From Patescibacteria group bacterium UBA6130 (lineage in GTDB: Bacteria; Patescibacteriota; Microgenomatia; UBA12405; UBA6130): a stretch of 41,101 bases of DNA. This document shows, one piece after another, positions 8,992 to 17,108 of this stretch (the first letter of the stretch is position 1; the number at the start of each line of letters is the position of its first letter). The notes under the pieces are model-generated. The model did not search any database. It was not told the origin of the DNA and saw nothing but the letters and a program-made list of their open reading frames with translations. The stretch spans positions 9,554 through 50,654 of the forward strand of contig DIVO01000050.1 in NCBI GenBank assembly GCA_002428285.1. Reading direction: 5' to 3'. The position numbers and the translations under genes were made by a program.

Positions 8992-9345
8992 TCCTCGGTA
9001 GCTCAGTTGGTAGAGCGCCCGCCTGTCAAGTAGGCAGCCTAAGATAGTAATGTCTTAGTGAATAACTGGGTGAATTCAGGGAAGTCTAAATGGTGATAGT
9101 TTTAACCACATGATAATCCTGAGCCAATCCTTCGCTAAAGCTACGGATTGCAAGCAATCTGTTTGATGTTTGCTAATTCAATGCTTTATTGAAGGCAGGT
9201 GCAGAGACTAGGTGATTACATCTTTAAGCGCCCAGCCCCGTACACTATTTTTTAAATAGTGCGGGGATGATATAGTCCACGCCTTGACGAAAGTCTAGGA
9301 TAAAGTGTAAGCGGTTGGTCCCAGGTTCGAGTCCTGGCCGAGGAG
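8992..9345 (+). tRNA. tRNA-Asn (anticodon GUU) interrupted by a group I intron. Exons are 8992-9026 and 9308-9345.
   Basis: The joined exons give a 73-nt cloverleaf: TCCTCGG-TA-GCTC-AGTTGGTA-GAGC-G-CCCGC-CTGTTAA-GCGGT-TGGTC-CCAGG-TTCGAGT-CCTGG-CCGAGGA-G. The UCCUC.G acceptor plus G73 is close to E. coli tRNA-Asn as I recall it. There is one C27-U43 mismatch. Confidence 0.8.
9027..9307 (+). ncRNA. Group I self-splicing intron (IC3-like, tRNA anticodon-loop type), no internal ORF
   Basis: The core string AAGGCAGGTGCAGAGACTAGGTGATTAC (9192-9219) matches the Azoarcus tRNA intron core GAAGGUGUAGAGACUAGACGGCAC from memory, and CCTGAGCCAATCC matches GCCGAGCCAAGC. P7 candidate is GACTA 9206-9210 / TAGTC 9273-9277. 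P1 pairs exon CUGU 9023-9026 with GCAG 9034-9037, with a U-G wobble at the 5' splice site. G9307 immediately precedes the 3' exon. Peripheral hairpin at 9236-9266. Confidence 0.8.
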
Positions 9346-9465
9346 CAAGTTAGGCGTTACTCGACAATTTGAGTCTAGTAATGCAGCAAAAAGCGGAGTT
9401 GGTTCTGCTTTTACAATGTTCCTACCCTGAATTGGGCACAAAAAAAAGGAGCCCACTAAAATTCA

Positions 9466-9571
9466 ACTGAGTCTTTGACTCCTACAACGAGGTACTTATG
9501 CTTTATTACTTATACTCGACTCCTTTTCAAGGAGTCGTATAAATTCTAGGATTTCCTGAACCTGGAGTCAA
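9466..9571. promoter_or_regulatory. Nested inverted repeats built on GAGTC/GACTC between tRNA-Asn and the HTH gene
   Basis: GAGTC-ttt-GACTC (9469-9481). Perfect 9-bp hairpin CGACTCCTT-ttc-AAGGAGTCG (9517-9537). Outer pair TTGACTCC (9475-9482) / GGAGTCAA (9564-9571). One extra GAGTC at 9371-9375. Confidence 0.5.
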
Positions 9572-9666
9572 CAGTATTATTGGATATCAAACAATATCAA
9601 TCATTTTATTTTTCATAGTGCTTTATAAATATCAGGCAATAAAGTATAATTAAACACAATTGATAT

Positions 9667-9858
9667 ATGGCTAAGATTGAAGAACTTTTGACACTGAAAC
9701 AAGCTGCTCAAATACTCAAAGTTAATGAGCAAACTCTCCGACGTTGGGACATAGAAGGCCGATTAAAGGCTGTTAGAATCGGTTCAAGACGTGGTGTTGG
9801 AGACCGACGTTATAGACCTGAAGATATTAAAGATTATCTAAACAGGCAAAAGAAATAA
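9667..9858 (+). CDS. Small helix-turn-helix DNA-binding protein (excisionase/MerR-superfamily type)
   Basis: LLTLKQAAQILKVNEQTLRRWDIEGRLKAVRIG....RYRPEDI fits the excisionase-family HTH pattern. It lies 17 nt upstream of hsdR. Confidence 0.7.
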   Translation: MAKIEELLTLKQAAQILKVNEQTLRRWDIEGRLKAVRIGSRRGVGDRRYRPEDIKDYLNRQKK

Positions 9859-9875
9859 TAGGAAATAAAATAAAT

Positions 9876-12098
9876 ATGACAGATATAAATAATGCCTCAA
9901 AAGAGGCAGACTCAAGGATTATTGTTGACCGATTGCTTCGAGAAGCAGGTTGGAACATTGAAGATAAAAATCAGGTCACTACAGAAGAAGCAACTCAAGA
10001 CGGCAGGGCCGATTATTTACTTTTAGACAGTCGAAGTCGTCCACTAGCCGTTGTCGAAACAAAAAGGTTCAGCAAAGACCCGTACACCGCCAAAGAACAA
10101 GCGGAAACCTATGCTAAAACGCTCCAAGCCCCGTTTATATTTCTTTCCAATGGTGAGGATACCTATTTTTGGGATTATGAGAAAGCGGACGCAAGGCTGG
10201 TTGATTCATTTTTCTCTCGTTTTGATTTGGAAAGAATTTCTACTTTAAGAAAGTATCAAAAGCCTCTCTCAACAATTCCTATTTCAGAGAAATTCTTTTT
10301 TAAGGGAAAAGAAATTACTGTCAGACCCTATCAAAAAGAGGCTTTGCAAACCATAGATAAAGCGTTAGAGGAAAACAAACGTCGTTTATTGGTTGAGATG
10401 GCAACAGGAACAGGTAAAACACTAGTTGCCGCCATGATGATTAAAAGATTATTTCAGGCAGGATTAGTGGAAAGAGTTTTATTTTTGGTTGACAGGATTG
10501 AACTTGCTAACCAAGCCAAAGAAACCTTTGACGACTATCTTTCTGAATATCCCTCAATTGTTTTATATGGTGGAAAGAGGAGTAAAGAAGGACAAATTGT
10601 TATCGGCACACTTCCTACAATTCAATTCCAGATTGACTCATTTACCAGTGGCTATTTTGATTTGGTAGTGACAGATGAATGTCATCGCTCAATTTATAGT
10701 ATTTATCGTTCCTTGCTTCTCCACTTTGACGCTATTCATATTGGTTTAACTGCCACCCCCAGCAATTTAATTGACAGAAACACATATGAGTTTTTTGGCT
10801 GTTGGAATCCATTAAGTAGAAAGGGAGAGCCAACATATATTTATGGAATAAGGCAAGGCATTAATGATGGGTATCTTGCTCCTTACAAGGTTTACCATGC
10901 TAGGTCAAAGATTTCTTTAGAGGGCATCAATTGGCAGGGAGAAGATTACGAACCGCAGGATTTGGAAAGAACCATTTCTGTTGAAGATAGAAACAAATTG
11001 TTTGTTCAGGAATTTAAGGAAAATGAAGAAAAAAGAGATGGCGACCATCCAAGAAAAACCATTGTTTTTGCCATTACTAAAAGACACGCTTCCCAACTAA
11101 CTAGATTTTTCAATGAAATGTATCCTGAATACAAAGGTAAATATGCCGAGATTATTACCACTGATACTTTTGACCCGCAAAGAGCTATTAAACGCTTTAA
11201 AAAGGAATCTTTGCCAGTTATAGCGGTTTCTGTGGCTATGCTTGATACGGGATTTGACTATCCGGCAGTTGAAAACCTGATGATGTGTCGGCCTACCCGT
11301 TCACCTATCTTTTATCAGCAAATGAGGGGTCGAGGTTCTCGTCTTTGCCCTGAAGTGGGTAAAAATGAATATCTTATTTATGACTTTGTTGGCAATGCAG
11401 AATACTTTAATGATGAAGGCTATAACCCCTTTGAACAGAAGAAAACAGCTATCAGAATGCCAGTAGAAGAAGTCGAAAAAGAGGAGGTTGTTGAGGAACA
11501 AATACCAGAACATATAATTAGGCAGTTTGTCACCATTCCCCTAGGTCAAGCTCACGATGAATGGGTGGAGAGAAAATATATCGAATTTGGACCAGACGGA
11601 GAAAAAGTTGATGCCAGAGAATATAAAGATAAATTTGCCGAAGAAGTAAAGAAGCTAGCTGATACCAACGAAATTATTATTAAACTCAAACAGCTACAAG
11701 ATGTTACTGATGAGGAAGTACAAGAACTGGGCGAACTTCTCAACCACCCCGAATTCTTTTTTAACGAAAACAATTTAAGACAAGCCTATGACCAACCAAC
11801 AGGCAACTTGGTTGATTTTGTTAAATCAGCTCTCGGAATGCACAAGTTCCCGACCAAAGAAGACAGAGTGAGTCAAGCCTTTGACGCCTGGATAATTCAA
11901 AAGAACTTTGCTCCTGAACAAGTCAGAATTTTAAGAATGCTCAAGAATCAATTCTTAGCAGGGAGTAAAGCAGATATTCAAGATTTCAGCCGACCCCCCA
12001 TCTCACAATATGGTGGTTTGCAATATGCCGTAAAAGTATTCGGTGAAGATGGCTTAAAGCAAGTGGTTACCGATTTACAGCAAGGAGTATTTATATGA
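9876..12098 (+). CDS. hsdR: Type I restriction enzyme, R subunit (EcoEI/type IB-like short form)
   Basis: N-terminal PD-(D/E)xK (GRADYLLLD...LAVVETKR). SF2 helicase motifs MATGTGKT, DECHR, GLTATP and QMRGRGSR. A C-terminal helical domain resembles the EcoEI R C-terminal domain. It overlaps the hsdM start by 4 nt. Confidence 0.93.
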   Translation: MTDINNASKEADSRIIVDRLLREAGWNIEDKNQVTTEEATQDGRADYLLLDSRSRPLAVVETKRFSKDPYTAKEQAETYAKTLQAPFIFLSNGEDTYFWDYEKADARLVDSFFSRFDLERISTLRKYQKPLSTIPISEKFFFKGKEITVRPYQKEALQTIDKALEENKRRLLVEMATGTGKTLVAAMMIKRLFQAGLVERVLFLVDRIELANQAKETFDDYLSEYPSIVLYGGKRSKEGQIVIGTLPTIQFQIDSFTSGYFDLVVTDECHRSIYSIYRSLLLHFDAIHIGLTATPSNLIDRNTYEFFGCWNPLSRKGEPTYIYGIRQGINDGYLAPYKVYHARSKISLEGINWQGEDYEPQDLERTISVEDRNKLFVQEFKENEEKRDGDHPRKTIVFAITKRHASQLTRFFNEMYPEYKGKYAEIITTDTFDPQRAIKRFKKESLPVIAVSVAMLDTGFDYPAVENLMMCRPTRSPIFYQQMRGRGSRLCPEVGKNEYLIYDFVGNAEYFNDEGYNPFEQKKTAIRMPVEEVEKEEVVEEQIPEHIIRQFVTIPLGQAHDEWVERKYIEFGPDGEKVDAREYKDKFAEEVKKLADTNEIIIKLKQLQDVTDEEVQELGELLNHPEFFFNENNLRQAYDQPTGNLVDFVKSALGMHKFPTKEDRVSQAFDAWIIQKNFAPEQVRILRMLKNQFLAGSKADIQDFSRPPISQYGGLQYAVKVFGEDGLKQVVTDLQQGVFI

Positions 12099-13609
12099 CC
12101 AAGATTCCAAAACAAGAACTCCAGTCAACCATAGACCAGATTTGCAATAAATTGTGGGCAGCGGGTTTGACTAACCCTATTACTTACATCGAACAAATAT
12201 CTTATTTCTTTTTTCTTAAGATGCTTGAGGAATGGGATAACCAGAAAGCTAAAGAAGCGAAACTTATCGGACACACTAACGGGAATAAGTCCATGTTTGA
12301 GGGAGAAAATGAAAAATATCGCTGGAGCCAATGGACACATATTGCCGACAATACCCAGATGTATAAATTCGTTCGTGATGAAGTGTTTCCTTTTATGGCA
12401 AACCTTCCAGGAACCAATGAGGCAGTTAGGCGGTTCTTTGATGATGCCAGATTTCAAATTCCTGATGGAGTAGTCCTTCGGGATGTTGTCGATAAACTTC
12501 GAGACGTTTCCTTTATCGAGCTCGATGCTGATGTTAAAGGTGATTTATACGAATATCTTCTAAACCAACTCACAACTTCAGGCAAAGCAGGACAATTTAG
12601 AACTCCAAGGCATATTATTCGAACCATTGTTCAACTAACCAATCCTCAAATTGGTGAAACAATATTAGACCCCGCCAGCGGTACAGGTGGTTTTCTCTTA
12701 GGAGCTTACGAATGGATAAAACTTTGCAATTCAGACCCTAAAAATATTGAGGAATTAGTTAATGGTGGTGGACAGATATCCAAAAAAGGCCCAGGAGACA
12801 AGCTCAATCCTTCACAGTGGCAATTCCTACAAAGTGGAACGTTTTACGGCTTTGACGTTGACGCTGCAATGGTCAAGATTGCCACTATGAACCTTATTCT
12901 TCATGGTTTGGATAAATCGCAAGTAATAAGGCGTGATGCAGTGGCTGGTAGTCCTGATGAGTGGGAAGACCGAGAATATGACGTGATTATCTCCAATCCT
13001 CCATTTGCGGGAACTATTAATAAGGAAAGGGTTAGAAAATATTTACCTGTTCAATCAACTGATACTACAACCTTGTTTTTAGGATTGATGATTGATGCCC
13101 TAAGACCAGGCGGAAGAGCAGGGGTAATTGTCAACGAAGGAATCCTTTTTAACCGAAACAAGGCCTCACAGGAAGTAAGACGTTATCTCATGGATAAAAG
13201 AAATCTTGTAGCAGTTGTTTCTTTGCCTGGTGGTATTTTTCAACCTTATTCTGGAGTTAAAACAAGTGTTTTGTTCTTTAACAATGATGGCAAGAAAACA
13301 GAAAAGGTATGGTTTTATGAAGTTCAACAAGATGGGTTTGGACTTGCAACTCAAAGAAAACCAACTCCAGATAAAAATGACCTTCCAGACTTGATTGAGA
13401 AGTGGTCAACCAAACCAGAATCTGCAAACAGTTGGTTTGCAACCAAAGCACAGATAGAAGAGAACAACTTTATTATTTCCTCATCTGCATATAAGCCGTT
13501 AACGAAGGATGACTTTGTCTACCGAGACCCAAAAGAGATTTTCAAAGAAATTCAGGAATTAAATAAACAATCCCAAGAGCAATTAAAGAAAATTGAAAAA
13601 TTTATATGA
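12095..13609 (+). CDS. hsdM: Type I restriction-modification system, N6-adenine DNA methyltransferase subunit
   Basis: Motif I DPASGTGGFL, motif IV ISNPPFAG, and an HsdM N-terminal helical domain. Confidence 0.95.
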   Translation: MTKIPKQELQSTIDQICNKLWAAGLTNPITYIEQISYFFFLKMLEEWDNQKAKEAKLIGHTNGNKSMFEGENEKYRWSQWTHIADNTQMYKFVRDEVFPFMANLPGTNEAVRRFFDDARFQIPDGVVLRDVVDKLRDVSFIELDADVKGDLYEYLLNQLTTSGKAGQFRTPRHIIRTIVQLTNPQIGETILDPASGTGGFLLGAYEWIKLCNSDPKNIEELVNGGGQISKKGPGDKLNPSQWQFLQSGTFYGFDVDAAMVKIATMNLILHGLDKSQVIRRDAVAGSPDEWEDREYDVIISNPPFAGTINKERVRKYLPVQSTDTTTLFLGLMIDALRPGGRAGVIVNEGILFNRNKASQEVRRYLMDKRNLVAVVSLPGGIFQPYSGVKTSVLFFNNDGKKTEKVWFYEVQQDGFGLATQRKPTPDKNDLPDLIEKWSTKPESANSWFATKAQIEENNFIISSSAYKPLTKDDFVYRDPKEIFKEIQELNKQSQEQLKKIEKFI

Positions 13610-14310
13610 ACTATAAATTTATTGCAACCCAGTTTGGAGAGGCAGTTAAATACGATACAACCGTTAACGAAGTAAGCAGAACTTTCAATGCCCTCACCAA
13701 CCTCAAAAGGAAAGATTATGTCAATGATGCAATTACTTCAGCTCGTTCAGGATTGATTTATTCATGGGTGATGACTATTGGCGACTCAAACCTTGAAGAA
13801 TCAGACAAATGTGAACTTGTAAGGCAGGCAATAAATACAATAGTGATAAACGACAAGGTAAAAGAAAAGCTGTTGGGATTACTGGGGACATCGAGATGTT
13901 TACCTAAAACGAATTCGTCTAGTTATGTGAACTCAAGCAGGCTAGATGAAATTAAAGCGTTGAATTGTAAAAATTTTGATTTATCTAGGTTGATAAAACT
14001 TTGTGACGAGTTAAATATGTCTTTCGAAAATAAGTGCTATTTTTCTGTTGCAATACTGGTTCGGTCATTATTAGACCATGTTCCGCCAATCTTTGGAGTA
14101 GGCTCATTTACGGAACTGGCCAATAACTATCAAGGGACAAGGAGTTTCAAGGCACAAATGCAGCATCTTGAATTGTCATCTCGGAAAATAGCCGACTCAT
14201 ATTTACATACACAAATTAGAAATAAGGAATCGTTGCCCAACTCAACGCAAGTGGATTTTTCAAACGACCTAGATGTGTTGTTAGGCGAGGTGTACCGATT
14301 ATTAAAATAA
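13606..14310 (+). CDS. Uncharacterised 234-aa protein inserted between hsdM and hsdS
   Basis: ATGA overlap with the hsdM stop and a 1-nt gap to the hsdS start. No catalytic motif recognised. The C-terminal half is helical (..LVRSLLDHVPPIFG...SSRKIADSYLHTQIR..). Confidence 0.7.
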   Translation: MNYKFIATQFGEAVKYDTTVNEVSRTFNALTNLKRKDYVNDAITSARSGLIYSWVMTIGDSNLEESDKCELVRQAINTIVINDKVKEKLLGLLGTSRCLPKTNSSSYVNSSRLDEIKALNCKNFDLSRLIKLCDELNMSFENKCYFSVAILVRSLLDHVPPIFGVGSFTELANNYQGTRSFKAQMQHLELSSRKIADSYLHTQIRNKESLPNSTQVDFSNDLDVLLGEVYRLLK

Positions 14311-14311
14311 T

Positions 14312-15478
14312 ATGAATAACTGGCAAGCTAAGAAACTTGGAGATATAACAGTAATAAATGGTGGAGGAACACCTCCTACAAGCCATGCTGAATATTTTAA
14401 TGGCGATGTGCCTTGGTTTACTCCTTCCGAGATTACCTCTGGAACAGTTTCCGTTTTAACTAATAGTCAAAGGCAAATTACAGAAGAAGCAACGAAGTTC
14501 TCTAAGGTAGCCGAGCAAGGAACGGTTTTATTGTCTAGTAGGGCAACTATAGGAAATATTGGAATAGTAGCTAATCGTTCAACTTACAATCAAGGAATTA
14601 AAGGAATAACCCCAAAAGAAGATTTAAACTCATGGTTTCTTGCTTACTGGCTATTAGCAAACAAAAAAGGATTAGAAAAATCATCATTTGGAACAACATT
14701 TAAAGAATTAAGCACAACAGCTCTAAAAAAATTTGATATTACAATTCCGCCTATTTCTGTTCAACAAAAAATTGTTGAGCGTTTAGACTCAATCAGAAAA
14801 TTGCAGGAATTAAACCAAAAAGAAATTGAAAAGGCAGAAGAATTATTTGACTCATTATTGAGTGTTAAATTTTACCCCAATAAAGCATATAAAAGGTTAA
14901 ATTTTGAAGATGTCGTTACTTTTAAGAGGGGGCCTTTTGGTGGTTCACTAAAGAAAGAAATATTTGTCTCAGACGGTTTTAGAGTTTATGAGCAAAGAAA
15001 TGCGATATATGATGATTTTACTAACTGTAGGTATTTTATTACTGAAGAGAAATATAAAGAGATGATTGGTTTTGCTGTTAAAACTGGGGATTTAATAGTT
15101 AGTTGCTCGGGGACAATTGGAAAGGTTGCCTTGGTACCGAATAAAGTTTCTCCAGGAATCATAAATCAAGCCTTACTAAAAATTACTCCAAAAATAGATA
15201 TTGTCCTCAGCGAATACCTCAAATATTTAATTCAGAGTAGAGATATGCAGATTAAAATGTTTGGAAATGCCCGTGGTTCTTCTATTAAAAATATCGTTTC
15301 GATTAAAGAGATAAAAAAACTTGTTTTATCTCTACCATCTATTAAAGAACAACAGCAAATTGTTAAGGAGTTAGATTTTGTAGCAAATATACATGAGACT
15401 AAAATTCTATTAAAGAAATCAATATCGCAAATCTATGAAAATAGCCTCATTAAGGCAATGAAAGGAGAAATGGTTTAA
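14312..15478 (+). CDS. hsdS: Type I restriction-modification system, specificity subunit
   Basis: 388 aa with two target-recognition halves. Each begins with a ..G..PP../..GPFGG.. type segment and ends in a conserved helical spacer (PPISVQQKIVERLDSI... and LPSIKEQQQIVKELDF...). Its position follows hsdM. Confidence 0.9.
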   Translation: MNNWQAKKLGDITVINGGGTPPTSHAEYFNGDVPWFTPSEITSGTVSVLTNSQRQITEEATKFSKVAEQGTVLLSSRATIGNIGIVANRSTYNQGIKGITPKEDLNSWFLAYWLLANKKGLEKSSFGTTFKELSTTALKKFDITIPPISVQQKIVERLDSIRKLQELNQKEIEKAEELFDSLLSVKFYPNKAYKRLNFEDVVTFKRGPFGGSLKKEIFVSDGFRVYEQRNAIYDDFTNCRYFITEEKYKEMIGFAVKTGDLIVSCSGTIGKVALVPNKVSPGIINQALLKITPKIDIVLSEYLKYLIQSRDMQIKMFGNARGSSIKNIVSIKEIKKLVLSLPSIKEQQQIVKELDFVANIHETKILLKKSISQIYENSLIKAMKGEMV

Positions 15479-15480
15479 TA

Positions 15481-15807
15481 ATGAAAATTATTTATAAAAC
15501 AAAATTCTATTGCATGTTTTGTAAAAAAGAACTCCCGTTAGATGTATATGGTAGTGATGTTAGTGCGAGTGAAGATAAGGAATTTGATAAAGAGGTAAAA
15601 GAGTGGGGTGAGCATTACCATTGGATAGATGCACACAGGAGATGTGCTATATGTGGCGAATTGGTTACCTCTGATGACTTGGAGTTGTTAGTAAACGATG
15701 GGAAAACTAACATTCACGAAGAATATCTCAACCAAACCTATGAAAAAAGTCATAAAGGACATTTGTTAACCGTTCATGGAAAATGCATTAAAGAAAACAA
15801 CTTATGA
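15481..15807 (+). CDS. Uncharacterised small zinc-ribbon-like protein (108 aa)
   Basis: Two CxxC pairs (CMFC, CAIC) plus His-rich HYHWIDAH and HGKC. It starts 2 nt after the hsdS stop and overlaps the next ORF by 4 nt. Confidence 0.65.
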   Translation: MKIIYKTKFYCMFCKKELPLDVYGSDVSASEDKEFDKEVKEWGEHYHWIDAHRRCAICGELVTSDDLELLVNDGKTNIHEEYLNQTYEKSHKGHLLTVHGKCIKENNL

Positions 15808-17108
15808 AGGTTGAAGATAAACCAAAATATGTTAAGGAAGCAAGGGAGTTGCAAGACTCAATAAATGTCGATTCTCTAATTGATGACCCCAACGAACTTT
15901 CTACATTGAGGAAAATTAGCCGCTTGATAGCTATTTTTACCAATTTTTCTTATAACGATGGCCAAGAACTGAAACGTCTATTATTAGAATTCCAGAAGTG
16001 GTCAAGACGTAGCACGAGTGTAGGTACTATTCGAAACAGAGCTGTTGACATGCTCCAATTCATTAGCCAAAAAATTGAAGAGATGGATATTTATGTAATA
16101 GATGAACCAATAAAAAAGAACCAGGATAGAATTGTCAGTAAACTAAAGAATGAGAAATATTGGGTTCAACAGAATCTGGAAGGAAAAGACTTACATATTA
16201 TCGTTGGAGAAAGAAGTGCTAAACAAGGAGAGCACATACATGTTATTAGCGACTCAGATACGGGTGAAATTAGGTTCGACTCCAAAGACCAGCAACCAAG
16301 TGAACTATTAGAACGAGTGGTTAGTTTAGTAACTAAGAGTGGAACTACTATCGGGGTAACTCAAAAAGGGATTAAAACAACAACTGAATTTATCGAGACA
16401 AATATAGAAGGTAATCCCAATAAAGATATACCGATTCTTTATGCAACAGGAGTGCGTCGAAGTGGTGGGTCAAAAGGCCATTTCGAGTATGTCATGATTA
16501 AAAATATTGGAAAGGAAATTGCCCTAGATATTCATTGGGGAATCAGAGGATTTGCTTATGAATGGAGACCGACGGAAGAACCTTTTGAGTTGGAGGCTAG
16601 CAAGGAGCGAGAGGTTACCTATCCAATTTCGGAAGAAAAGGTATTTAAGGAGGACATTCCTGAGCTAAACGTGATAATGGAGTATAAAGATGTTAACGGC
16701 AATGCTTATTTCACTCGAAGAGAGCTTAAACAAATTAGAGTATCATCTGGGGCATTCTTTAAACTTAAAGCTGATACATTTCATCCTCCGTCCATATTAG
16801 TAGATGATGGCCTTGAAATAGTTTCTGAGCCAATTCGAACTGGGGATAGAGTCGAGGCCACCTTTAAGATTGGAGTTCAAGGTCAGACTAAGCTGGTAAA
16901 AATAGGGTTGAGTGGCAACCTAATAGCTGTTCTAGACCTACAGACAGGTGATTTATTAAGACAGGCAATACTTGAGCTTGCCCACAGGAAAATACGAAAG
17001 ATGGTTAAATTAGATAGCCTTGCGGATTATAGTTTTACCACCCACGACCTACCAGAAGGTCATCCAGTAGGATTTGGTGCTTACGTTCTCCTAAGAGATT
17101 CCATATAG
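15804..17108 (+). CDS. Uncharacterised 434-aa protein, last gene of the hsd transcription unit
   Basis: Long clean ORF with a helical N-terminal third and a beta-rich remainder. No P-loop, nuclease or methylase motif recognised. Confidence 0.7.
   Translation: MKVEDKPKYVKEARELQDSINVDSLIDDPNELSTLRKISRLIAIFTNFSYNDGQELKRLLLEFQKWSRRSTSVGTIRNRAVDMLQFISQKIEEMDIYVIDEPIKKNQDRIVSKLKNEKYWVQQNLEGKDLHIIVGERSAKQGEHIHVISDSDTGEIRFDSKDQQPSELLERVVSLVTKSGTTIGVTQKGIKTTTEFIETNIEGNPNKDIPILYATGVRRSGGSKGHFEYVMIKNIGKEIALDIHWGIRGFAYEWRPTEEPFELEASKEREVTYPISEEKVFKEDIPELNVIMEYKDVNGNAYFTRRELKQIRVSSGAFFKLKADTFHPPSILVDDGLEIVSEPIRTGDRVEATFKIGVQGQTKLVKIGLSGNLIAVLDLQTGDLLRQAILELAHRKIRKMVKLDSLADYSFTTHDLPEGHPVGFGAYVLLRDSI

Noticed and set aside
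8992-9064. Reading the tRNA 5' part as an uninterrupted tRNA-Asp (GTC in CCTGTCAAG), or splicing it to give tRNA-Thr(UGU)
   Set aside because: No matching anticodon-stem 3' strand, T arm or acceptor 3' strand follows directly. These only appear ~280 nt downstream. The U-ending 5' exon with a U-G wobble P1 and a G before TAAGCGG gives GUU. The UCCUCGG acceptor with G73 fits Asn rather than Thr or Asp.
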